In this document: positions 31,782 to 43,200 of the stretch, in pieces
Layout of the letters: the number at the start of each line of letters is the position of its first letter
How positions within the stretch are numbered: position 1 is the stretch's first letter
Origin: Chrysochromulina tobinii
Lineage: Eukaryota
Assembly: GCA_001275005.1 (NCBI GenBank)
Contig: JWZX01002605.1
Location: 1 to 62,587, forward strand
DNA: 62,587 bases
Direction of reading: 5' to 3'
Translations under genes and position numbers: made by a program
Notes under the pieces: generated by a model
What the model was told of the DNA's origin: nothing
Databases searched by the model: none
Seen by the model: the letters and a program-made list of their open reading frames with translations, nothing else

Positions 31782-32756
31782 GGGCACGCTTACGCACAGA
31801 GCCGCCTCGCTGGCATGCTCTTCGCCGGGAGTGGAGGACCCAAGGACGAGGTGGAGGCGCGGCGGCTGTTTGGCCTCGCGGCCGCGCAGGGGGATGCTGA
31901 AGCGCAGTGCCGCCTCGCTGGCATGCTCTTCATCGGGAGTGGCGGACCCAAGAACGAGGTGGAGGCGCGGCGGCTGTTTGGCCTCGCGGCCGCGCAGGGG
32001 CACGCTGGCGCGCAGAGCTGCCTCGCTAGCATGCTCGACGGAGGGCGTGGCGGACCCAAGAACGAGGTGGAGGCGCGGCGGCTGCTTGGCCTTGCGGCCG
32101 CGCAGGGTGATGCTGAAGCGCAGTACCGCCTCGCTTACATGCTCATCGAAGGGAGTGGCAGACCCAAGGACGAGGTGGAGGCGCGGCGGCTGCTTGGCCT
32201 CGCGGCCACGCAGGGGCACGCTCGTGCGCAGTGCGGTCTCGCTGGCATGCTCTTCGAAGGGAGTGGCGGACCCAAGGACGAGGTGGAGTCGCGGCGGCTG
32301 TATGGCCTCGCGGCCGCGCAGGGGCACGCTCGTGCGCAGTTCGGTCTCGCTGGCATGCTCGACTTAGGGCTCGGCGGACCCAAGGACGAGGTGGAGGCGC
32401 GGCGGCTGCTTGACCTCGCGGCCGCGCAGGGGGATTCGACTGCGCAGTACCGCCTCGCTGACATGCTTCACCAAGGGCGTGGCGGCAGACCCAAGGATGA
32501 GGTGGAGGCGCGGCGGCTGGTTGGCCTCGCGGCCGCGCAGGGACATGCTGACGCGCAGGGCTTACTCGCTAGCATGCTCGTCTTAGGGCTCGGCGGACCC
32601 AAGGACGAGGTGGAAGCGCGGCGGCTTTATGGCCTCGCGGCTGCGCAGGGACACGCTGGTGCGCAGTGCAGTCTCGCTGGCATGCTCTTAAACGGGAGTA
32701 GCGGACCCAAGGATGAGGTGGAGGCGCGGCGCCTGCTTGGCCTCGCGTTCGCGCAG
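31782..32756 (+). repeat. 108-bp coding tandem repeat x9 (SEL1; one unit 111 bp)
   Basis: Same unit as 7878-8525; unit 7 has one extra codon (GGRPK). Confidence 0.95.
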
Positions 32757-33560
32757 GGGCACGCTGGTGCACAGGCCATCGTCGCTCGAATGCACAAGTA
32801 TGCCGCGCATGGCAGACAAAAGCTCGAGGCCGAGGCGCAGCGGCCGCGTGTGACCAAAGCGCGCAAAGGTGCATCCGAGAACGCTACGGCTCAGGTCGAG
32901 GACGCTGCTGCGCTGGCGGCCGCGGCAGCGCGCGCGGATGCGGCAATGGCAGAGCTGCTGGCTGAAGAGGATAGCGAGGCTGAGAAGGCGCGGAGCAAGA
33001 AGGGCAAGGCCAATGCCAAGAAGAAGGCTGACGCTCCTGCAGTGGCGTCAGCCAAATCCAGCGTGGAGCACGCTGTAGAGGTGAACGCTGCGGTATTAGC
33101 GGGCGCGAAGATGAAGGCGAAGGCACAGGCCGGGGCAAAGGCGGCGACCGCAGCTGAGGCTGAGGCAAAGGCGAGGGCCGCGGCACGAGCGGAGGCGGAG
33201 GCCAAGGCCGCCCAGGCAGAGGCAGAAGAGCACGCTCGCAATCAGGCGGAGCAAGAGGCTAAGGCGTCAGCAGCAAAGGCGCACGCTGCAAAGGAGGCCG
33301 CAGCGGTGGAGGAGCCGCCCGACCACTTCATCTGCCCCATCACGCACAACCTCATGATCGACCCGGTCTCGGCTGCGGACGGCCATACCTACGAGCGGCG
33401 TGCGATCGAGGAGTGGCTCGTCGGCCACTCGACCAGCCCGATGACGGGCGCAGGGCTCAAGATCAAGGACCTATTCCCCAATCACACCGTGCGTGGGCTG
33501 ATCCGCACGTGGCACGAGGCGCGGCGGTGCCGCCCAGCTGGTCCAGCAGCACGCCAGTAG
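31815..33560 (+). CDS. SEL1-repeat U-box E3 ubiquitin ligase (copy 2; 5' end frameshifted or truncated)
   Basis: Nine SEL1 repeats from 31782, same linker and U-box as copy 1 with near-identical DNA. In-frame stop at 31743. The homologous MHSR..TE..AVG N-terminus (ATG 31712) lies in another frame. Confidence 0.88.
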   Translation: MLFAGSGGPKDEVEARRLFGLAAAQGDAEAQCRLAGMLFIGSGGPKNEVEARRLFGLAAAQGHAGAQSCLASMLDGGRGGPKNEVEARRLLGLAAAQGDAEAQYRLAYMLIEGSGRPKDEVEARRLLGLAATQGHARAQCGLAGMLFEGSGGPKDEVESRRLYGLAAAQGHARAQFGLAGMLDLGLGGPKDEVEARRLLDLAAAQGDSTAQYRLADMLHQGRGGRPKDEVEARRLVGLAAAQGHADAQGLLASMLVLGLGGPKDEVEARRLYGLAAAQGHAGAQCSLAGMLLNGSSGPKDEVEARRLLGLAFAQGHAGAQAIVARMHKYAAHGRQKLEAEAQRPRVTKARKGASENATAQVEDAAALAAAAARADAAMAELLAEEDSEAEKARSKKGKANAKKKADAPAVASAKSSVEHAVEVNAAVLAGAKMKAKAQAGAKAATAAEAEAKARAAARAEAEAKAAQAEAEEHARNQAEQEAKASAAKAHAAKEAAAVEEPPDHFICPITHNLMIDPVSAADGHTYERRAIEEWLVGHSTSPMTGAGLKIKDLFPNHTVRGLIRTWHEARRCRPAGPAARQ

Positions 33561-34232
33561 CGCCACCGCACAAGCCGAGGGTGGCACTTTCGGGAAGAGA
33601 CAACTGCTCCGCCTTTGTTGCTACGCCTTGGCAGTGTAGCAACATCGCAGAGCTCGGCGATTGACGCAGAGGCGTGGAGCAAGCGTGGAGCTGCGTGGAG
33701 AGCGAGGGGCACGAGACGCAGACGCCTTGTCTAGGTGCGAGTTTCAGTCGGCAGTTGTTTAGTCACTGACACTGTACTACAACCGTAGTCCAGTGGCTGC
33801 GCATAGAGTTCGGTCTTTAACCACCCGACGCGCGAGGGCCTCCGCCTTTGCCCTTTGTGGCTCCGGACTCCGCGCGAGTCCGAACGCCGCGGGTCAACAT
33901 TCCCATTCATCCCAAGCGCATGATCTCGTCTGCCAACGCTCGGCTCCGCTCGACGAGGCTCATACTGAAAAAGTCCACGACGAGTTGCATGGCGCCGTCG
34001 TGGGGCGATGGCGGACACCCGGCACCGGACTGCCGCGTGGTCGGTGTTTTTATATCGTTTGATTCTTATATCGATCGTTCTTAAAATATCGGGGGCGCAG
34101 CAACTTGAGCTATCCTAATGGTTGAACGGCGAACGAGCGTCCAAACGCAACAACACAAGTGTAGTCCGACTCGCGACAAGATCATCTAGGCCGCGCGGAG
34201 CGATATTATATATAGATCGTGCTCGCGTACAA

Positions 34233-37200
34233 CTACAACACCGAACAACCGAGGCGATGGCAAAAGGAGACCCGCCTGATGTCGTGCTGCTCGCTTGCCT
34301 CGCCGGTTGCGGCCGTGAAGCCCACGTAGGCGCGATGAACCACGTCACCGGTCAGCGGGATGGGCTGCGTGCTCGGGTGCTCATAATTCACAGGCGGCCC
34401 CGCCGATTCTGTGGATACAGCCCCAGGCAGCATCTGTGAGATGTCGCAGCCACTGGCATCTGTCGCCGCGCCCCCGGCATCCGAGCTGGCGCCATCCCCA
34501 CTGGTCGCATTGCCATTGTTGGGGTTCATGCAGCCACTCCGCGGCGGCATCGGCAGCGTGATCGGCAGCGAGATCGTCGGGAGCCCCGTCTCACGAAACG
34601 AGATCCCCGTCTCATCAAAGTAAACGCTCAGCCGTCCTTGAGCGGGTGAAGCCGCCGCGGCTCCAGAGCTGGCGTTGACACTGGCGTTGACGGCGCGCGC
34701 GTGGCGCGCGGGCGGGAGGTATACGATCCTCACCTGATGCGGGAGGCAATCAAGGGCGTCATCAGAGATCATCAGAGGTCATCAGGAGGTATACGATCCT
34801 CACCTGATGCGGGAGGCAATCAAGGGCGTCATCAGAGATCATCAGAGGTCATCAGGAGGTATACGATCCTCACCTGATGCGGCTGGCCGTCATCTAACCG
34901 CTTCGGCTCCACGTGCCCTAGCAAGTGCTGCAGCAGATGCGCGTCGGCGGTGTTCACACCGTCGATGTAGACGGAGATTGCATGCTTGCGCTCCGCGACG
35001 AAACTGGACGTCACCTTGAGCGCCCCCGGCCGGCAGTTGCCGTCGGGGCCTTGATCGTTGCAGGTGGATGTCGTGACGGTACGGCCGTGGTGGTGGGTAT
35101 CAAATTGGATCGCCACACTCCGCGGGATGCCGCCACTCGTGCATCCCGGCACGCCCCCCGCTTGCGAGCCGGTAGCATACCCGACGCCGCTGCCCGCGCA
35201 CCCGACGGCGTCGAGGCCGATCGACTGCAAGACGACCGCAAAGCCTTCGCCTCCCACTCGACTCGGGCTGGTTGGGTCCGTGTCGGGTGGGCAGCGTAGG
35301 TCGGTCCGTGGCAGGTACGGGGCATTCAAGTTCGTGACCGGCAGCCGCTGGAACTGGCCGTAGCGGCCGTCTGGATTGGCCAACGGATGGGATGGGCCGA
35401 TACCGTAGGTTTCCTGCAGCTGCGGCGGCACTCCTTGCGGCGGGGGCAGTGGATCAAACGGAAGCGCCTCGGAATCGATCAAATAGTGCGTCAGATCGTC
35501 GCCGTTGGCCCTGAGCTCGTCCATCGAGATGAATGGCCGCTCCGCGCTGACGCGGCTGAGAGGATTGAGGCGCGCGGTGTCGTTGTAGCCAAACACTTCG
35601 TAGGGGCCAGTGCAGACTGAGGGCTCCGTGATGCGGAACGAGAAGTTGAGCTCGAAGCCACGCGAGTACGGCTGCGGCTGCGCCAGCCACAGCGTGCCGC
35701 GCTGGTACGTGTCGTTGGTGAGGCGAGCGACCACGTGTCCAGTATCGTCGCTCAGAAACTGTGTCGCGTGCCCAGCCTGCCAGCCGTTGACCGACGTCGA
35801 ATTGCACCGCGTGCAGCGGGCCGCACGCGCTAGGTAGGTGGTGCTCGCGCTGCTGGCCGCCTCGGCGGCCGCGGCGACCTGCTCGGCTGCTGCAGCGGCG
35901 GCAGCGGCGGCGGCCACCCTACCGTCTTCCTCGAGTGCGCTGATGGGGCCCGAGGCGGCGTCGGCCTCAGCTTCGGCGGCCTCTGCGGCGGCAGTCGCCG
36001 CGGCGTGGCGCATACAATCCGCCTCGCATGCAAAGCTCGCTGCGTCTGCTTCCCACCTGACCGTAAGTTCGAACGGCGTGAGCCGGTGCTGCGGCAAGTA
36101 GCTGTTGCTGTATTGAGCGCGGAACCCCGCGCCGTGAATGCCAATCACCCACTCCTCACAGGTGGCCACTGCACTACCGCCGCCCATCTCGGCGCCCCCG
36201 CTCATCTCGGCACCTCCGCTGCCCTCGGGATGGCAGTGCAGCTCGCTCGACGGGATCACAAGCGAGATCGGACTTCCCACCTTCTCCGCGATGAGATCGT
36301 ACCGCCCTGACGCATCTTCGGGCGCGGTGCGTCGACGCGCCAGGAGCCGCAGGCCCATGGACGAGAAACGCACGCTCAGCATGAGCCGCACGCCGCTGTG
36401 CGGTGGACGTACGCGGTAGTAGCGCATCTGATCAGGCAGCACGGCGCCCGTGGCGACGGCGCGCCCGAGGCCGTCGGTGGGCTCGGACACATTGGCGAAA
36501 GCGAGTGCGGCCGCCTGGGCGGCACTAGTGGATGGCAAGAGCATGCGTGTCTCGAAAGTCCACATGCGGCAGATGCCCTCAGCAGGCCCACGGCCGCAGC
36601 CGTCGGCGTGGCACGCGAAGCATCCAACCCGGTCCTGCACGACGCCGTAGGCGGTGTGGTCGAGCCCCAACGGCGACAGACGATCACGGCAATGGCCGCA
36701 GGAGGGGTTCGCGTTGACGCAGCCGACGACGTCGAGGGGATCGGCCACGGCCATCTGCTCACACGCGTACGTGTGCTGCAGCGGGGACGGATGGGTGGTG
36801 TGGAAGTCGCGCCCGTTGAGCGAGATCGCAACCTCGACGATGCCCGCCGGGAAGGGCGGCGTGCGGCAAAGCATGTGGCTCTCGCCCTTGTACATGGGCG
36901 CCGCCATCGCTACCACTGCGGATACGTGCTCATAGCCAAGCGCTGCCCCGGGCATCAGTGGCCGCCACTGCGCAAAGCGGCAGCGCGCGTCGCGTCGCTC
37001 GCCAAACACGTGCAGGTTCGTCCCCGCCACGCGTAGCTCAATGCCACCATGAGGAGGGCCGACGGCCGGCACGGCCTCGGTGGCCGTGACGCCCGAATAG
37101 AACGTAAAGAGGGGGGTGCGCACGTGCACAAAATTTTGGCCGTTGGCCGCCGCCGCGATGCGAACGGATGTGCGCCCCCGCGCCCCTGGCGGCGGCTGCG

Positions 37201-40200
37201 GCGTGAGCGGCGGCGAGCGACACACGGCGGCGGTGCCTCGAAAAAGGTCGACCGCAGCAAGGGCCATCGGCGAAGCGTACGCATCATGCAGCGCGAGAGC
37301 ACGGGGCGCGTCGCGGCATTTCAAGCCTCGCTGCACGCCGTGCTCATCGTAGCACAATCCGCCGAAGAGGCAAACCCCGAGCCCATCGCCATCGGCGGCG
37401 CCCGCCAACGCCGCGCCGATCTGCACGTCTGAGGCGTTGGCTCTGGTGGAAGCAGCCGCGGCCGCGGCGACTATGGCGGCGGCTCGTGCGGCGGCCGCGC
37501 GGGTGGTGCTACGGCGGCCGTGGCGGTTGAAGCCGATGCCGTACAGAGTAACGGGCGAGCCTCCATCAGAGGGCCCTCCAGTGGGCCACACCGCAGAGAG
37601 CTCTAGCTGCGTGTAGTAGTGGAATGGGAGGCCGAAGCCCACAGGGCTGAACTGCTGGCCGTTGATGGCCACCTGAACTTGGTAGCCGGAGCCCGGGTCG
37701 TAATTGAGGTCGTAATTGAGAGTGTTGGCGCCGCCTCGGAACGAGATGGTGGGAGGAGAGGGCAAGCAGCGCACGCCGCTCGCGTCCAGCTGCGTCACGC
37801 CGACGACGATCGCGTTGGCGAATCGGCAACGAGCGAGCGTGGCGTCGGTGTGATTGCCTGGGCGCAACCCATTGCCACGTACGCGCACTGACGTGCCACC
37901 TGAGATCGGGCCTCCCGAGGGCACAAGTGAGGCGGGCAATGGCTCCGGGTACACGTGGAAGGCATCGAAGGCGGTGGCCTTGGCTGTGGAGTTTGGAGAC
38001 GAAGAAGACTCGGCCGCTGCGGAGGCGGATCGCTCAAAATCGACCCCGTTCGGCGCGATGCTCACGAGAAGCGGCACAGCTGGCGGCCCCTCCTCGCCAT
38101 CGAGGCCGAGGAAGCTACCGTTGAATGGGGCCGTGGGCGCACAGACGAGCCACCGGCCGAACGGGTCCGCACGCAGCACGGACGTGCTTTGCAGAGGCTG
38201 AACGCTGCCATCCCCATCGTCGCTTCCCTCGACCTTGCTTCCAAACCCGCAGCGGGCGTCCTCCGCTGCCGAGCCCGCCGGGGCCAGCCCCGAGCCGCGG
38301 ATGGTCACGATGGTCCCTCCATGTGCCGGCCCGGAGCGCGGCTCCACTTTCGAGATCGTGAGCGCGGACGCATTGTAGAAGGCGAACGTGTGCGGCGCAT
38401 CCCCCGCGCTGTGGGGCTTCGTGGGTACCTCGAAGTCGATGGCATTCAGCGCGAGGCTGAGCCGCGAGAAGCAGACGTCGCACGGGCCGTCGGGGAACGC
38501 GCCGGGCGGCGGTGCGGGTGGCGATGGCGCGTCGGGCGGTGGTGCGTCGGGCGGCGGCTTGGCGTCAGAAAAGAGCGCCGGATCGCCATGCTCGCTGCTG
38601 GCGGCGTCGCTGCTGGCGGCGTCGCTACCATTCTCGCCACCACTCACGTCGGTGACGTTGGGCAGCGGCGCGTTCGCACAGGGCAAGGCTTCGCGCCCGT
38701 CCGCGCTGAGTACGCAGCACAGCAGTCGACACTCGTCAGGCGGAGCTGGCGTTGGAGTGGTCACAATCCGGACTCCGACAGCGTCCAACTCGCTCGCATT
38801 GAGTGGCAGCCGATACGAGGCGAAGGCCGCACTGCTCTCGTTGCCAGCGGCCTCGCCTCGCATGCGGGCGGCGCTCCGTCCGAACGGGTGGGCAGCCTCG
38901 ACGAGCGTTGTAGCCGCCGCCGATGAAACGTCGAGCGGCGTGCCGTCGACAGGATGCAATGGGAGCGTCGGGGGACCGAGCAGCGCCACGGAGATGGTGC
39001 CCACGCTCGCCCGCCCGCCGGCACCGAGTCGCAGTCCAGTGATCGTCAGAGGCGTGCCGCCGCGCACCGGGCCCGCCGTTGGTCGGATCCGTTGGACGTA
39101 CGGCGACTCGTAGAAATGGAATCGGGGAGCGGTGCTCAGATCCGCGGGCGAGTAGTCGATGCCGTTGAGCGACATGGAGACTGGGAGGGCCGCAGCGAGC
39201 CCTTGGGTGTTGCCGCCGGCGGTTAGGGTGATCGCCGAGAGCGGCGGCGTGGCGGCACATGCGATGCCGTCGGCGCCTGCAGTGGCAGCAATCGTCACGG
39301 CCGCGTCGCCACTGCCGATGCGACAGTTTGCGGCCCCGTTGGCGTAGGGTCCCCCGAGGATCGTGAACAACGTGCCGCCTCCGACGGGCCCAGCGGACGG
39401 ACTGATGCCAGCGAGTGCCAAGTTAGGATAGCAGCGCAGCATCACGGGGCCATCAAGGTCGACACCGTTGCGTGCAAACGACAGTGCCACACTGCAGTTA
39501 GCCTCCACGCCGCTGCCGGCGTCGCCGCTGCCTGAGCCGCCGGAGCCACAACCGCAATTAGGGATGGCCTCACATTCGACGACGCTATCACTCAGAGCCA
39601 GCACGAGCACGTCCTCCTGCATCGTGAGCGTGGTGGCTTGTGGCTTGTAGTAGCCAGCCTGGTAGGTGTAGCGACAACGCGCGAGATTCGTGGGAAGCCC
39701 CGGCGTCAGAAAGCCACTCCCATGAACGGTGAGAAGTGTGCCGCCGTCGACCGGTGCAGAGCTGGGCACGATGGAGGCGAGGGTGATGGACGTATACAGG
39801 AAGCTTCCCGCGACCACGACGTCAACGCCGCCGTTGAGGGAGATTCCCACTGTGACCGCGCCGCTTGCCGCCGCAGGCGATACGAACTGGATGCTGTCGC
39901 GAGACGCGCCGCGGACGATCGTGCTAGGAGGGACGCACGCGGAGCCTTGGCCAAAGACGACACACACTTGGAGGTCCTGAGGCAGAGGCGCGGTGATGAT
40001 GGACACGACAGTGCCACCACGAATAGGGCCGCCGGGCGGTTGAATGCTGCCGCTGCTGCCGCTGCTGCCGCTGCTGCCGCTGCTGCCGCTGCTGCCGCTG
40101 CTGCCGCTGCTGCCGCTGCTGCCGCTGCTGCCGCTGCTGCCGCTGCTGCCGCTTCCGCTTCCGCTACTACCGCTAGTGTCGCTGCTGTAGCCGCCGTTGC

Positions 40201-43200
40201 CATTCGAAACACCATCCCCCGCAGCGACGTCACTGCCCGCACCCGAACTCTGCTCCCCTGTGAGCGGGATGGAGATGGGCGCCCACACCCTAACCGCCAC
40301 ACCAAGGGGTGAGGCGTCGCGAGCATACCCGTTGAGCGTCAGATGAATGCCATGCATGCCGACTGGCAGCGGAGGGAGCGTGAAGTTGAGCTCTTCCGAG
40401 GAGTACTCGGTGATCGGAAACAGCTGGCTATCGAGGATGATGGCGGGTTGTGGCGGTGCCGCAGGCTGTGCATCCGCCGGTGCGCCTGGCTGCGAGCCAC
40501 CCGGCAAAGCCAGCGCCATCTGCACCGGTACCGGAAGCGCCATGCCCGTCCCCGCCAGACGGATACGTGTGCCGCCCGCGCTAGGCCCGGACGTAGGGGA
40601 GAGGGATGAGCCCACCGGCAGCGCGTGGAAGTAGAAGCGGCAAGGCGCCTCGTACTGCTGGCCATTAAGAGAGATGTCCACCTCCTGCCACCCTTCGCTC
40701 GCTGCCCGAGGGGATTTCAGCTCGAGCCTCGAGGCATTGCGAGCGAGGGGCGTGGTGCGTCGAGAGCCGATGCGTGCCGAGACGCCACCGGTCGCATCGA
40801 GAATGGTGATCGTCTGCCCCTTTGCTTCGGCAGCTTCGAGCGACTCAGCGACTGGAGCGGGCGCGCCCATGTCTTGGTAGAAGAGTGCCGTCGGCGTTCG
40901 AGCGCCGGGCGTAAAGTATAAGCTGCCCACCTCGACGCGCGAGTTGCGCACGCCGTCCGCCTCGAGGAGCTCGCCTGCCATGCGCCCGCCCCCGCTGATG
41001 GTGGAGATGATGAGCGGATGGCCGACGGCGTTCACATCGAACCGGTACGTGAGACCGCGCCGAAGGTGGAGTCGATGGTTGAGGATGCCGTTGACGACAT
41101 AGCCAAGGTACTGGCCGGAGATCTCGACTGCGGTCACGTGTACCACAGGCTGAGTTGGTAGCTCGCCGAAGGCATCGAAGCCTCGGCCAACGAGCGTGAG
41201 GAACGTGCCGCCGGTGATGGGGCCTACGGCAGGGGAGAGCGAGTGCGTCTCTGGACGAGGGTACGTACGGAACGTCACTGCGTACGCTTGGTCCTCGAAT
41301 GCCCGAGCCCCGGTGCCGTTGAGAGTTGGAGTGTACTCGCCGCGGTGGCCGTCGGCGGCATTGAGGCTCACCGCAAGACTTGAGAGGCCAGGCGCCAAAG
41401 AAGGAGGGGTGACGAAGGAAACGGATCGGGGAGCGATGCTCAGAGCCACGCCAAGATCGACGTGTGTAGCGCTCGAGCCGTTCTCACTCCTGGGACGGAG
41501 AAGCCCTCTCACCCCGTGCGCCACGCCGTGGAGCCCAAACCCGACGCCACGCACGGCCAAAAGAGTCCCGCCAGCTGTGGGTCCTCCAGATGGGGCGAGG
41601 GAAGAGAGCGCGAGGGTGTAGTAGCGGAATGCGAGCGGCACTGCGGCGGAGGAGTAGTGAAAGCCATCATTGAAGGTGAGAGCCACTTCGACGGAAGTGA
41701 CCCCCTCGCCGCCGCTGTCGGCGGTGTGAATCGGTGGCGGAGCGAGGCAGATGACGCGATGCGCCGAGGCAGCTAGTGATGGGACCACGAGCCCCCCGAA
41801 ACGACATCGGGTCGAATTCCGACGCATCAGGGCACCAGAGCCATTCTCAAGCGTCCCATCCGAAAGTGGGAAGGAGCCGAGTACTGTGACGGGCGTGCCG
41901 CCTTCGCTCGGCCCGCCTGCCGGCGTCAGTGAGCGCAGCGCGGGCTCCGGATAGTACTCAAAGCTCAAAGGTACCATGTCAGCATGTGCCATTGGGAGGA
42001 AGTCATCCGCGCGCAGCGAGATGCGCACCCCCACTGTCAGAGCTTGGCGGGAAAAGGAGGCGTTGGCCTGCTGGTTGAAGGCGGGCGGCACGAGGCATTC
42101 GATCCAGCCCTGTCCGCGCCGACGGGCTGGACGCACGTCGGCGCCAAAGGCACATGCGGCGCGGCCTCGAATTGAGGCGTTCGTTGAGGCGTTGTGAGGC
42201 TCGGCGGCGGCAGCGGCGGCAGTGGCCGCAGCGGCAGCAGCAGTTGCGGCAGCAGCGGAGGTGTCGTCGGGAGCGGCGGCATCGGAGAAGATGAGATCGG
42301 ATCTGGGATCTGGCAGGATGTGCAAGCCCTCGCCGTGCACGCGGACCGTGTAGCCACCTCGCACAGGCCCCGACAAGGGCGTCATCGCCGTCATCACCGC
42401 ATCGTACCGCATGAGCTCCAGGCCCGTCGGCTCTGCATCCGCATCAACCACGCCTTCGGGTCGCAGCCATGAGCGACGCACCCACGAGCGGCCGTCATCG
42501 ACGGAGACTTCCACAGCCTCGACGCCGCGGATTGGGAAGAGGGAGGCCCGCTGATCGGGCGGGCGTTGCATCGTTGCCGGCGGCACTGCACACGTGATCG
42601 CCTCATCCGACTTGGTGAGCGCTGGCACGACAGCCCAACGATGGGCGCCGTCACGGTCGCCGGGCCCAAATCGGCAGCGTGCTTGCCATGAAGCGCCATA
42701 CGCCATCAGCCTTGCACCGGTGAGGGTCAGAACAAGACCGCCGCCGGTAAGGGCTTCCGGCGGGTGGAGCGAGAGGAGGGTGGGGGGCTCGAAGAATGCA
42801 TACGTGAGAGGAACACCCCGGGTTTCAGCGCGCCGCCTCCCAGACGAAAAGTAGCCGCGCACTGGTGGGCCATGCTCTTCGTCAGCACCCCCGTCCACCT
42901 CCTCCGCCGCGTCCTCTTCGAGCCAGTCGACACCGTTGAGGGACACTCTCACTGGCACGATCCCAGCACCGTGGCTGCGTGGCAGTGCGCAAAGCAGCAC
43001 GGTGTCGTTGACCACGGTGGCTGGCGTGGCAAGTGCGGTCGCCCCAAACCCAAACTTGCAGAAGGCGCTGCCGCCATCAACCTCGCCTTCATCGCCCATC
43101 ACGGCGCCCGAGGCCGAGTGCAACACAGCCGCTCGGAGACCAGCTTGGAATACAGCTTCTTGCGAGGAGCCATGTAGAGCGCTGAACCCGCTCCCGATCA

